Shown: positions 52,560 through 64,000 of the stretch, one piece after another
Position numbering within the stretch: the first letter of the stretch is position 1
Layout of the letters: each line of letters starts with the position of its first letter
DNA from: Squalus acanthias
Taxonomy: Eukaryota
Reading direction: 5' to 3'
Assembly (NCBI GenBank): GCA_030390025.1
Contig: CM059438.1
Span: forward strand, 63,862,001 to 63,926,000
DNA: 64,000 nt
The notes under the pieces: generated by a model
Told to the model about the DNA's origin: nothing
The model's input: the letters and a program-made list of their open reading frames with translations, nothing else
The model's database searches: none
Translations under genes and position numbers: made by a program

Positions 52560-53022
52560 CGGGGGGATTGTCCTATGAGGAGAGATTGAGTAGAATGGAA
52601 CTATATTCCCTAGAGTTTAGAAGAATGAGAGGTGATCTCATTGAAACATACAAAATTCTTAAGTGGCTTGAAAGGGTAGATGTTGGAAGGATGTTTCCCC
52701 CTGGCTGGGGAGTCTAGAACCAGGGGTCACAGTCTCAGAATAAGGGGTCGGCCATTTAGGACTGAGATGAGAAGACATTTCTTCACTCAAAGGGTTGTGA
52801 ATCTTTGGAATTCTCTACCCCAGAGAGCTGTGGATGCTCAGTCTTTGAGTATATTCAAGACTGAGATTGATACATTTTTGGAAGCTAAGAGAATCAAGGG
52901 ATATGGGGATAATGCGGGAAGGTGGAGTTGAGGTAGAAGATCAGCCATGATCTTATTGAATGGCGGAGCAGGCTTGAAGTGCCGAATGGCCTACTCCTGC
53001 TCCTATTTCTTATGTTCTTATA
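52560..53022 (+). mobile_element. CR1 3' end
   Basis: LSYEERLS..EFRRMRGDLIETYKIL..SRTRGHSLRIRG; ttcttatgttctta tail. Confidence 0.93.
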
Positions 53023-53224
53023 AATTGCTGGAAACATTCAGCAGGTCAGTGAGCCTCTGTAAGGATAGCAGACAAGTTAATGGTTCAGGTGGGGAATCCT
53101 GAGAGGACTGAGCTTTGGTTTGTTGATTGGCCTCTTCTCATTCTTGACTTTTCTTATGTTGCTTATTTGAAAGTAGTTGCAAACACTCGGGATGACCAGT
53201 GTGAGAAGGAAACATTAGCCGTGA

Positions 53225-53578
53225 GGTGTCAGCCGTGACTCAGTGGGTAGCACTTTCGCCTCTAAGTCAGAAGGTCGTGGGTTCAAGTCCCACTCCAGAG
53301 ACTTGAGTACATCATCTAGGCTGACATTCCAGTGCAGTGCTGAGGGAGTGCTGCACTGTCGGAGGTGCCGTCTTTCGGATTAAACATTAAACCGAGGCCC
53401 CGTCTGCTCTCTCAGGTGGATGTACAAGATTCTGTTTGAAGAAGAGCAGGGGAGTTATCCCTGGTGTCCTGGCCAATATTTATCCCTCAACCAGCACCAC
53501 TAAAACCGATTATCTTGTCATTGCTTGTGGGATCTTGCTGTGCAAAAATTGGCTGCCGTGTTTCCCATATTACAACAA
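53225..53578 (+). mobile_element. Deu-domain tRNA SINE (3'-truncated)
   Basis: A and B boxes plus Deu body. Confidence 0.9.
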
Positions 53579-53794
53579 CAACATGAAGGGATATACCATG
53601 GACAGCGATATTAAAAATACAAGGTACTAATGAAAAAATACAGTTTCAGAAAAGGTGCCAAATAATCACTGCTAGGACTGTGTCAAATGCTCTGTACCCA
53701 GGCAGCTGATATCTGTGACATTGGGCAATATCTGCTAGTATTACAACTGAGTCTTTAGACATCGTTTCACATACACCAGATTTTATTTCTTAAA

Positions 53795-54190
53795 ACAGCA
53801 ACAGCAACTTGCATTCATATAGCGCCTTTACCATAGAAAAACATCCCAGATTGCGTCTGAGGCGCAGTCAGGAAAACATGGATGGTAAGCCAAAGGAAGA
53901 GATATTAGGAGAGGTGACCAAAAGCTTTGTTAAAGAAGTGGGTTTTAAGGAGGGGAGGAAGGAGGGGAAGCAGAGGGGTTTAGGGAGGGAATTCCAGCGC
54001 TTAGGGCCGAGGCGGCTGAAGGCATGGCCGCCAATGGTGGGGCAAATGAAGGGTGCACAAGAGACCAGAGTCAGAGGAATAGAGAGATCGGGAGTGCTGT
54101 AGAGGTTACAGAGATAGAATGGAGCAAGGCCATGAAGGGATTTAAACACAAGGATGAGAATTTTAAATCGGAGGTCTTGGAGGACCGGAA
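53795..54190 (-). mobile_element. L2 3' fragment
   Basis: FKSLHGLAP..TIGGHAFSRLGPKRWNSLP. Confidence 0.88.
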
Positions 54191-54589
54191 AACTAATTTA
54201 AACTGGTGCTGTACATAGTTTTAAAAACTACCGCACTCCAAAACTTGCCTGAAGTACAAAGTGAATCTGGATGTACACATGCAGACACCATGAAACGACC
54301 AGGGATGAAGTTCCACCTAACTAATTTGTACAAATAGCGAACAGTGAATGGCTATTTTAAGCACGCGCAAGTTTGTGTGTAAGATTTATCTACCCTGCTC
54401 TGTTGATCAAGAGGAAATTAGCAATATCAACCACAAAAGTGCATGTTCTGGCGATGACACATCAGGTGAGGTCACAATAGGGCTCTTCTGTGATCGTCCC
54501 TGTAGCTGAATAGCCTGCCAATACTCACCGTCAAGGTCCACACATGAAAAACAATGATATTGGTAAGGATGAGGAAGTAAGAGGTCCTG

Positions 54590-55680
54590 GTGCTCTGTAA
54601 ACTTGAGCTCATCCAAATCCCTCCATGGTCTCGCTCCCCTCCCTATCTCTGTAACCTCCTCTGGCCCCAGAACCCTTCGAGATCTCTGCACTCCTCTAAT
54701 TCTGGCTTCTTGCGTATCCTCAATTTTAATTGCTCCATTGGTGGCTGTGCCTTCAGCTGGCAAGCTCTGGAAATCCCTCCTAAACCTCACGCCTCTCTAC
54801 CTCTCTTTCCTCCCCTTGACATTCAATGGCATTACCATCGCCGAATCCCCCACTATCAACATCCTGGGGGTCACCATTAACCAGAAACTTAACTGGACAA
54901 GCCATATAAATACTGTGGCAACAAGAGCAGGTCAGAGGCTGGGTATTCTGCGGCGAGTGTCTCACCTCCTGATTCCTCAAAGCCTTTCCACCATCTACAA
55001 GGCACAAGTCAGGAGTGTGATGGAATATTCTCCACTTGCCTGGATGAGTGCAGCTCCAACAACACTCAAGAAGCTCGACACCATCCAGGGCAAAGCAGCC
55101 CGCTTGATTGGCACCCCATCCACCACCTTAAACATTCACTCCCTCCACCACCGGCGCACCGTGGCTGCAGTGTGTACCATCTACAAGATGCACTACAGCA
55201 ACTCGCCAAGGCTTCTTCGGCAGCACCTCCCAAACCCGCGACCTCTACCACCTAGAAGGACAAGGGCAGCAAATGCATGGGAACACCACCACCTCCAAGT
55301 TCCCCTCCAAGTCACACACCATCCTGACTTAGAAGTATATCGCCGTTCCTTCATCGTCACTGGGTTAAAATCCTGGAACTCCCTCCCTAACAGCACTGTG
55401 GGAGCACCTTCACCACATGGACTGCAGCGGTTCAAGAAGGCGGCTCACCACCACCTTCTCAAGGGTAATTAGGAATGGGCAATAAATGCTGGCCTTGCCA
55501 GAGACGCCCACATCCCATAAACGAATAAGAAAAAGACGCTCCTTAAAACCTCCCTCTCTGACCTGTCCTCATGTCTCCTCAGGTGGCCCCGTGCCAAGTT
55601 TAGTCTGATGGTGCTCCTGTGAAGCGCTTTGAGACGTTTTACGACATTAAAGGCGTTATATAAATGCAGAATGTTGTTGA
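54590..55680 (+). mobile_element. L2 3' fragment with a family Z LINE 3' end inserted (~54812-55533)
   Basis: Chimeric ORF 54603-55472: L2 UTR then INILGVTI..IYKAQVRSVMEYSPLAW; L2 tail resumes at agacgctccttaaaacc. Confidence 0.9.
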
Positions 55681-56029
55681 CGGTTTATCTTGTTGTGAAT
55701 GTGGTGACAATCTGAATGTGTCATCGATACGGTATGAAGCAATGAGTTGCTGCTTGGTCAGTGTCAAGGATGCCGTGGAACCTGCAAAGAAGAGCTGGCA
55801 GTCACGTGTTTCCTTTACGCCAAGATTAAGTTGATGATGCCTAAAAACATCTATCTGTGCAGTTAAAAACTGCAGAACCTTTGGGAAACCCGTACTTCTG
55901 GGTTTCCCGTCCTTAACTCCTCCCCCACCCTGTACCGAACGTGTGTCCGAGATAATATTGGGACCAAAATTTCACTGGCACTGTCAAGAACTGTACTAAA
56001 GTCCAACTTGCAATAAGTGATGTTTCCAT

Positions 56030-56530
56030 ATTTTTTAAATCATTTATGGGATGTGGGCATCGCTGGCAAGGCCAGCATTTATTGCCCATCCATAATTGCC
56101 CTTGAGAAAGGTGGTGGTGAGCCTTCGCCTTGATCCGCTGCGGTCCGTGTGGTGAAGGTGCTCCCACAGTGCTGTTGGGGAGGGAGTTCCAGGATTTTGA
56201 ACCAGCAATGATGAAGGAACGGCAATACATTTCCAAGCCAGGATAATGTGTGACTTGGAGGGGAACTTGGAGGTGGTGGTGTTCCCATGTGCCTGCTGCC
56301 CTTGTCCTTCTAGGTGGTAAAGGTCGCGATTTTGGGAGGTACTGTCGCAGAAGCCTTGGCGAGTTGCTGCAGTGCATCTTGTAGATGGTACACACTGCAG
56401 CCATGGTACGCCGGTGGTGGAGGGAGTGAATGTTTAAGGTGGTGGATGGGCTGCCAATCAAATGGGCTTCTTTGCCCTGGATGGTGTCGAGCTTCTTGCT
56501 TGTTGTTGGAGCTGCACTCATCCAGGCAAG
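56030..56530 (-). mobile_element. Family Z LINE 3' end
   Basis: AWMSAAPTT..HSLHHRRT..WNSLP; same 3' UTR as the other copies. Confidence 0.92.
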
Positions 56531-58242
56531 TATGCTAAGATGTGGTTTTAAGAAATTGCACAACATGTACATGGACCCTTAACCTGCTACGTGCTGACTT
56601 CTACTGTGCGATTCGATAGATTTAAAAATGGCTGAAGGTTAGCCAGTTTTCAAATCTCATCATCTAAATATTAGGAAGAATACAAATATAAAATGAATGA
56701 CCTTTTCAACAGTTGATGACCTTGTAAACTTATATTGGTCAGAAGCCTTTAACTGTGACTTAGCAACAATACAATGATTGAATCATAAGTGTGTAGCCAG
56801 TCTTTTGTGCAATCAAATTTTCTTTTGACAGGTTAAGAGTTAGCAATGTTAGAAACATTTCAAATCCTACAATATTTGCCTCTGTCCTGGTGATTTATAT
56901 TTCAGCATAACTGGTTGGTTAGAGTATCCAGTATGTTGAGAGAATATGAGGCATGTTTTACTGATTAAATAAGTCATTTAAAAAATGACACATTTTCTGG
57001 TCATAGAGGTTGAGTTCCATTAGAGAATAGAAGAGTCTGTGTTTAGTTCTCAATGAGTTAATCCCTACTAACTGTAAAACCATCTAGCTTCTGATTCCCA
57101 GTGCACCTGATCTGCAGTTACCAATGGAAAACATGCAGGTTGTCTGTTGAGTGGATACTCTACAATCCTCAGCGATTTGAAGAAGCCGCTTCAATTGGAT
57201 CGATGATGAAAGAGGGAAGCATCACAGAGCAGCCAGCCTGGGAGTCAATAAGACATCAGATGTACTTTGAAGCAATCTCCGAAACCTGCTTTCTGCTCCA
57301 TGGCCCCAGTGATATCTCCATTTTCCACATGGGATGGGGTGACTATGGGCAACGTTGTCTCTTGGGCTTGTGTGACGGTTGCCATCTCATTTCATTTAGA
57401 TTTCTGAACCTTCAAAGAGAGGAAGTGTTTATGATCCAAGTTGAAATTGAACCCGAGTCCCAGAAATAGTCCCCGTCCCCTCAAGACACACATGTATCAT
57501 TGTTTCCGTTGCCAATTTTCTTCAAGTTGCTCCTTAAGTCTATTGATTTCTTGCTGCCTGCTGTATGGTTCCACAGGCACGAGGCTTCCACAGTACCTCA
57601 CACAAATGGCAACTATCCATGTGTGAAACTGGACAGTGTGGTGTTGACAGGCTACTCAACCACGGGAGGCGGGGGGGGGAGATCGCAGCCAAGCCTAATC
57701 CTGTCCTCAACCAAAATCCACACATGCTGACTTCCAGCAGGCTCTGAACAACAATCAGGAGCAGGCCCTTTCACCCAACCCAGCCATTCTGAGGCCAATT
57801 ATAGCATCACAGCCCGGGATCAGCTAACTCAGTACAGGTCAGCCTCTGATCTAGGGCCTTGCTGACCTATAATGCTCAACTACTCGGTCGATAAGCTCAC
57901 TGAGGCACTGAATTACAAAGTTTCTCCGCCATTTCAAACACCAAGTAATTTAAAAAAATGTCTTGGTAAAGTTTTGTGCTCAGCAATATTTTATATTCGT
58001 AATTTTAGGCATTAGCACCAAACATTCCTAGACCAGATAGAGTAAGGTTAGCTGCATAGCAGATCAAATCTCCCTCTGCTGTGCCCCAACAACATTCCTC
58101 AAGCTGATCGCTCCTTATTAAGTGTCATTTTCCAGGGGAACCATCTCTATGGCCTTTCTGACTGAGAATGCCAATTACCAGTTTGGACAGGATAAGAACC
58201 CAGTTCCCAAAGGTGAAAAATCAAGGTGCTAACACAGTGAAC

Positions 58243-58360
58243 TATCTGGTCCTACATTACAACAGTGTCCACACCTCATAAAGTACTTCATTGGCTGTAA
58301 AGTGCTTTGGGACGTCCTGAGGTCATGAAAGGCGCTATAGAAATGCAAGTCTTTCTTTTG
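58243..58360 (+). mobile_element. Deu-SINE 3' fragment
   Basis: cctacattacaacagtg..aaaggcgctatagaaatgcaagtctttc. Confidence 0.85.
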
Positions 58361-59249
58361 TTTTGTTGGTGCCATATTAAGAGCAGCTTTGTGCTGTGAG
58401 CCCATACCCACTTGGAACCATGCTGTGACTGGCAATTTCTCATAGGGTCCTCATGAGAGAGGAAAAACTATCACCCCATCAGTTTGGACAGGTTAAGAAG
58501 CCAGGTCCCCAAGGTGAAAAATCAGTGTGCTAACCCTTTTTTAAAATGGATTTATTCAACATTAAAAACATTTACAACATCATGATCATTCCATTGTATC
58601 ATACAAATCCATTCCTCCACCACATATTAACATCAAAAGCTGAAGTTTAATTTGTCTCCCGTAACATATATTAATCTATTGAGTGTGCTCACCCATTGAG
58701 CTACCTGGTCCTTATTGATCAAACGGGCACATTTTCGGCCAATACCATGGCTTGCTTCTATGCCATGCGGCCCCTCCTGGTGGGGACAGTGGGTGGGTGA
58801 CCTGTTGCGAGTCTTTCAGTGTTACTTTGAACTGACGGGCAGGAGACCTTCAACAGCAGGCCGGGTTGTAACTTTCCAGAGGAAGCACCTCATTTCTGCT
58901 CAACACTTCCTCAGTCAGCCCCGGGCAACTCACCATCTGAGAAATAACGAGCAATATCCACAGCCTCTCGAGCCACTGATATAATGTGCCACCTGTGCCA
59001 ATCTTGAGTACTGTACGAACAAATGTGTAGCTGCTCTGAAAGATATTTGTTTTCCAGATGAAAAGGTCAATGGTGGTGATTGTCTGCACAGGCAACATGG
59101 GTAGAGGGATGGTGTAAAGTAGTCTAATTTGAGAAAATCATGTGTCCTCAGAGGATGATCCAAAAGGACTTATTAAAAATCTGACCGCTGAGCTTGACCT
59201 GCTGCCAGGGGCTGGTCAGCATGCAAGCGATACTCGTTAAATTGCTCAA

Positions 59250-59362
59250 AGAAAGAAAGAGAGAAAGACTTGCATTTATATAGCGCCTCTCACGACCTCA
59301 AGACGTCCTAAAGCGTTTTACAGCCAATGAAGTACCTTTGAAGTGTAGTCACTGTTGTAGTG
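59250..59362 (-). mobile_element. Deu-SINE 3' fragment
   Basis: Reverse-complement tail. Confidence 0.85.
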
Positions 59363-59587
59363 CAGCCTTCCATTGGTTTCAATGTACATAACTCACTTGG
59401 ATTTGGAAGTTAAATGCAAGTAAGTCAAATTCACATAGCCAGATAAGAAATACTTTCACACACCTGAGCTTGTAGAAGCATCATTCACTGGCACTTCCTG
59501 TCACCAGAGTCACAGAAAGCACTGCAGGGGTAGACATCAATGAGTTACAATTTCAGATATTAGCTTCCTCAGATGAATAGACATTAT

Positions 59588-60243
59588 GGCCCAGATATTC
59601 TGATTGCAGGCCTCCTGCGGGCGGAGGACTGCGATCTGGAAAAATCTGCGCCCTTACCTGAGGGCTCCCGGGACGCGCACAATTCCAATGCTGGGCCTCT
59701 CCAAACTGCCGGTGTGCAGGGCCCACGTATCCCAGAGGCGCAGGTAGTTCGCAGCGTCCCTGGGATCACGTGGGCCATGGGGAGCCAATCACAGAAGGGA
59801 ATCTCCCTTCATACACTTGACAAGAAGACCTGTCAAATATATGAATGGAGATCACCCCAAAAACATAGTAAAACTTGAAATACATTTTTTTTTTAAATCA
59901 CATTTTTAAAATGACTTGAAATTACAATAAATTAACTATTTTAAACAAAAATTTTATTTTTTTTTACTTTTTTTCAACTTTTATCCTGGTAAAAGCAGGT
60001 CTTACGCCTGCTTTTCTTTACCAGGTGCAAGAATTGTAAGTGTTTTCTGCGGACGGAGGGTCTTCAAAAATCGGAACTCTCCGCCCGCAGAGGCCCTTCT
60101 CCCGGGCAGCCGGAGGATCTGTCAAGAGCTTTCTTGACAGATCGGAAATGCCGGTTTCCAGCGCATGCGCTGTGCCTGCCTGAAACCGGCATTTCCGATG
60201 TCCCTACGGGTGCCCTCCCGTAGGGATCAGAATATCCGGCCCC
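59588..60243 (-). mobile_element. Harbinger/PIF MITE family M1, opposite orientation
   Basis: TIR GGCCCAGATATTCTGAT / ATCAGAATATCCGGCC; reverse-complement homology to 40195-40961. Confidence 0.88.
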
Positions 60244-60264
60244 ATGTTAACAAAAATAGAATTT

Positions 60265-60587
60265 AAAAAAGTAAGGCTTGCATTTATATGGAGTCTTTCA
60301 TGACCTAGGGATGTCCCAAAGTGCTTTACAGTCAATGAAGTAATTTCTGAAGTGGAGTCACTGTTGTAATGTAGGAAATGCACCATCCAATTTAAGCATA
60401 ACAAGGTCCCACAAACAGCAATGTGTTAATGAACAGATAACCTGTTTTAGTGATGTTGGTTGAGGGATAAACATTGGCCAGGGCACCATGGAGAACTCCC
60501 CTGCTCTTCCATGAACTAGTGCCATGGTATCTTTCACATCCACCTGAGAGGACAGACGGGGCCTCGGTTTAACGTCTCATCCAAAAG
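60265..60587 (-). mobile_element. Deu-domain SINE, 5'-truncated
   Basis: Reverse-complement body and tail. Confidence 0.88.
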
Positions 60588-61699
60588 ATACTACAAATGC
60601 ACGTGGGACCTGCATCACCCCATCCAAATACAGTAGCTCTCGAAATCGTGGCAGTGCAATCAATAGCTATGAGGCATCGACTCATGAACAATGCAGCCTC
60701 TCCACAACAAAGCGTCTCCAGGGTCTTGTGTGACCCAAGCTGCTCAACAAGACTTACCTCCCCCACACTGTATAATGTGCAGCATATCATGCAACTGATC
60801 AATGGTGCCTGCAGCATTTGACGATATGCTGCAACCAAGGAACAATGGATAAATTAGGAGAGAGAACTGCTGCTGAACCTACCAGGGTATCTCCCAAGTG
60901 GTAACTCAGTGGAGATAATTGGCTGTAGCATTCAAGGCAGGGTCAAGCAGCTCTGCTTAATCGAAACTGACTGCGCCAGGGTGCCAGGGGAGAATGTGAC
61001 ACGTACACAGATGTAGGCTCCCCGCTGACACCAGTAATGGTGTACGTGTAGAGTCTGCATCTGGGCACGTGTCACATCCTGGAAGAAAAACCAACGACAG
61101 TGTTTCAAAATGTAATTAAAGTTCAGAGCAAAAAAAAGTGCACTGAGAAGAATATATGTACCTCCAATTCTTCATGCTGAATAGATTTATACTGTTTTTT
61201 TTTATCCTGAAGCAATAAAACATCTGAGGTACAATCCTCTGTATTTGTGATATTTACTTGCCCTACATATCAACTTAATCACATCTACAATACTGGGAGA
61301 AACTGGTGGCTCCAAATTTCCAGAGTGCTCACTCATTAATTCCCTGGTGAACAAGAATAATTTGCACCATAATTCTGTTTTTCCAGAGGCCCTCGGAGAT
61401 CTTTATTAATAATAAAGAAATATTTGCTGGCAAAAATACATATTTCACATTAAAACAAGTGAGCACATTACATACTTAAACAAGTTTTACCTCAGCATAT
61501 AGTCCCGTCTGATATAAAAGGTCGATCTGCCTCAGACATTCCTGTGAGACTTGAACCTGTTTTGTTTAATGATTCTAAAATTCCAGTTTTTTCCACTAAG
61601 AAGGCATTACATTTCTCACCTGTTCATTTAATTTATTTTTCTCCCTCCTCTCCTTATATTTAGGTAGGTTGTGTTAGCTATCCCTCTTCTGCTACCTCC

Positions 61700-62000
61700 T
61701 GCAAGTGGCCATTCTTCATGGATGAGCCCCGGACAATGTGCAGACAGGCTATTTGACTTGGGGAACAGCACAGAAGTGCCTGGTCATTTCCTCAGCGGGG
61801 ATCTCTAGATAGTGATCAGGGACAGAACCAATAGCTCAATGTTCCCTAATCCAGGGATGCTGAGATCAAGGGCAGAGCTCCTACTGCCACTTCAATGGAG
61901 AACACTTAATTCAGCACGGATCAGGGATCAAACCCTCCTTGGCTGTGCAGATAAGTTGCACACTGAGAAGTTCCATTACTCTCTGAGCCATTCGGGGAGT
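61700..62000 (-). mobile_element. Old tRNA-derived SINE-like repeat (related pieces ~57600-57905 - and ~63630-64000 +)
   Basis: Shared gacaggcta.t / aatagcctg motif; B-box-like ggttcgattcc at 63666. Confidence 0.4.
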
Positions 62001-62100
62001 TCAGGCAGCCCAATGATCTGACTACTGATCACCTTCAGATCAGATCAGTGGTGTGATCCAGTCTCCATCTGCAACAGGCCATTTTTACCATCAAGTCAAT

Positions 62101-62329
62101 TGACGTAAGAAAACTACTAGGCACTTGGTCTGAGTATTAAACAAGGCTTTAATCAACTGTTTTTCAACATGGAGGTCTAGTTGTGTCCTTCACTAGTTCC
62201 TGTTAAAGAATGTCCTGAGCAAGCTGGGCCCATGCCCGAGTATTTATACTCTCCCTGGACAGCGCCACCAGCAGGCCGCCCAGTATTATTTCATAAGTCA
62301 TTTCCACATGAATGACAAGATTCATGTCA
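62101..62329 (-). mobile_element. Mini solo LTR family C, copy 3 (229 bp)
   Basis: TGAC...GTCA; 5-bp TSD TCAAT (62096-62100 / 62330-62334); nearly identical to 11012-11240. Confidence 0.9.
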
Positions 62330-64000
62330 TCAATTCCTTGCAAAAGACCATACAAGTGGGCTGTCCTTCACCTGATGTCTTGAGGGACATGGAATGAAGG
62401 GAGGCATATTTCCAAGAAGAGAAAGCTCTAATTCTTTTCTCTGATGTTAAAAGCTGTATATCGATTACTCTTAATCCAAAATCACCTCATTCAAATTGCC
62501 TGATCACTCGAAATTAGCAGCATTAAATTCCCACTTTCCTATGTTATTTGCTGTTTACCTAACTAGCAACAGCGACGAAACTTGATGTAACGTCATTGGC
62601 TGTGAAGTGTTTTGGGGTGTCAATCCAATTCTGTTCTTTATTTACATTGCTTAATTCAGATTATTGGATAATTCTATATTTGTTAGTGCAAAAAGGATTG
62701 TATTAATGTAACATTAGAACATACACAGCACAGGTTAGAATCCTTTACCACTGGTACCGCACCCAGAGACCTTAATGAAAATTAGGGGCTGCCTAAAACA
62801 GTCTGATTTTGTGAAACATTTTTAACTGTACTTTGTAGTTTCATGACTGGAGTTTTAGTGCATTATTTGATAATGTAACATGACAGATGTGTGTTTCATT
62901 GCTAGATATTGGACTGCATTTCTGTGTTTTTGGCTGCACTCGTTATCTGTACAAAGGGAGCTGGAACAGTTTAAAAGTCTTACATTCTGTTGTCCTCTGT
63001 GACCGTGCCTTGTGACGATGAATTAGCAATGACCTTGGAGTAGATTGTCAAAGCATTTGCGACTCGACAAGGCCATTTGAAGTTTAATACTCTTCCTGAA
63101 AATAAAGCCTGTGCAGCAGCCAACGTTGTGCGCATTTTCCATCGTTCAGCGGATCGTGAGACTAAACTAACTCTTTTCAATTCCCCTGCAGCCTCGTGAC
63201 AATTCCCATTTGGCTGTCGAATGTTGCTGTAAGGGATATTGCATGCTTAAAACTATTTTTATTTCTGTCATTTTTGCCGTTACTTTGGGGACATTTTTAT
63301 CTGCAAGTTTCCCTTGGGGTCCAGTGGCCTATTCAGCGTGTGCTATTAATGGGGGCAAGTCATGACTTACATAACTTGCCAACCAGCCAGGGCTCCTCAC
63401 TCCACCCTTGGAGCTCTCTGTGTGCCCTTCAGCTATTTGTACTTACCTAGTTTCACTTCTATTTCATGAAGATTTTCCTAGGGGCTGAAGAAGTGATTAT
63501 GTCACCAGAAGTGCTTGGACAAATAGCACAATTCGTCTCCCACACAAGGGAATTGCGAGTTTTATGGATGCTCCCAACACTTGGAGGAGCTCCAAATCCT
63601 GACGCGGGGCTTCTCCAAAGGATCAGGCATTGCGCAACTGAGCCATACAAACCATGAGGTCCCAGGGTTCGATTCCTGGCCTGTAATGAGCTGGCTGATT
63701 TCGGGAACTGTGGTAGTAGGAGCGCTGGAATTGGCCTTACAAGCTTTTGGTCACCTGTCTTAATATCGCATCATGTGACTCAGTGTCACATTTTGTTTGA
63801 TAACGCTCCTGGGAAATGCCTTGGGATGATTTTACTGCATGAAAGGCGCTATATAAATGCAAATTGCTGTTGTTGTATGCACACACGCATGCCCATTGAG
63901 CTGGGCTCAGCTGTATCTCCCCATGACTGAATAGCCTGCCAAGTCTCATTAGCTGGCTCGCATTATGAGGAATGGTCACTTGGGTAAGGCACCAGAGGAA

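Noticed and set aside
54603..55472. 289-aa novel protein
   Set aside because: Chance fusion of an L2 3' UTR with the family Z ORF2 C-terminus

Overview
Repeat-dense vertebrate genomic DNA, very probably from a cartilaginous fish (shark). The basis is Deu-domain tRNA SINEs with L2 tails, an HE1-like V-SINE fragment, CR1 and L2 LINEs, and PIF/Harbinger elements. No intact host gene is recognisable; all long ORFs are transposon remnants or low-complexity artefacts. Main observations: (1) four independent, co-oriented ~1.65-1.7 kb TG...CA elements (probable solo LTRs, each with its own 4-bp TSD) within the first 24 kb, with an apparently very long R region whose base-pairing survives sequence change; (2) a ~1.95 kb insertion made almost wholly of a CT-rich repeat plus a 50-bp GC-rich VNTR, bounded by a 6-bp duplication; (3) a ~3.1 kb EN-RT LINE with a tRNA-like 5' head and no room for ORF1; (4) three copies of a 209-229 bp mini-LTR carrying a CTCF-like motif; (5) a decayed autonomous Harbinger (transposase plus convergent Myb/SANT gene) and many Harbinger-type MITEs. 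Coordinates of TSD-defined elements were read directly; edges of degenerate repeats are approximate. Family names come from motif recall, not database searches.
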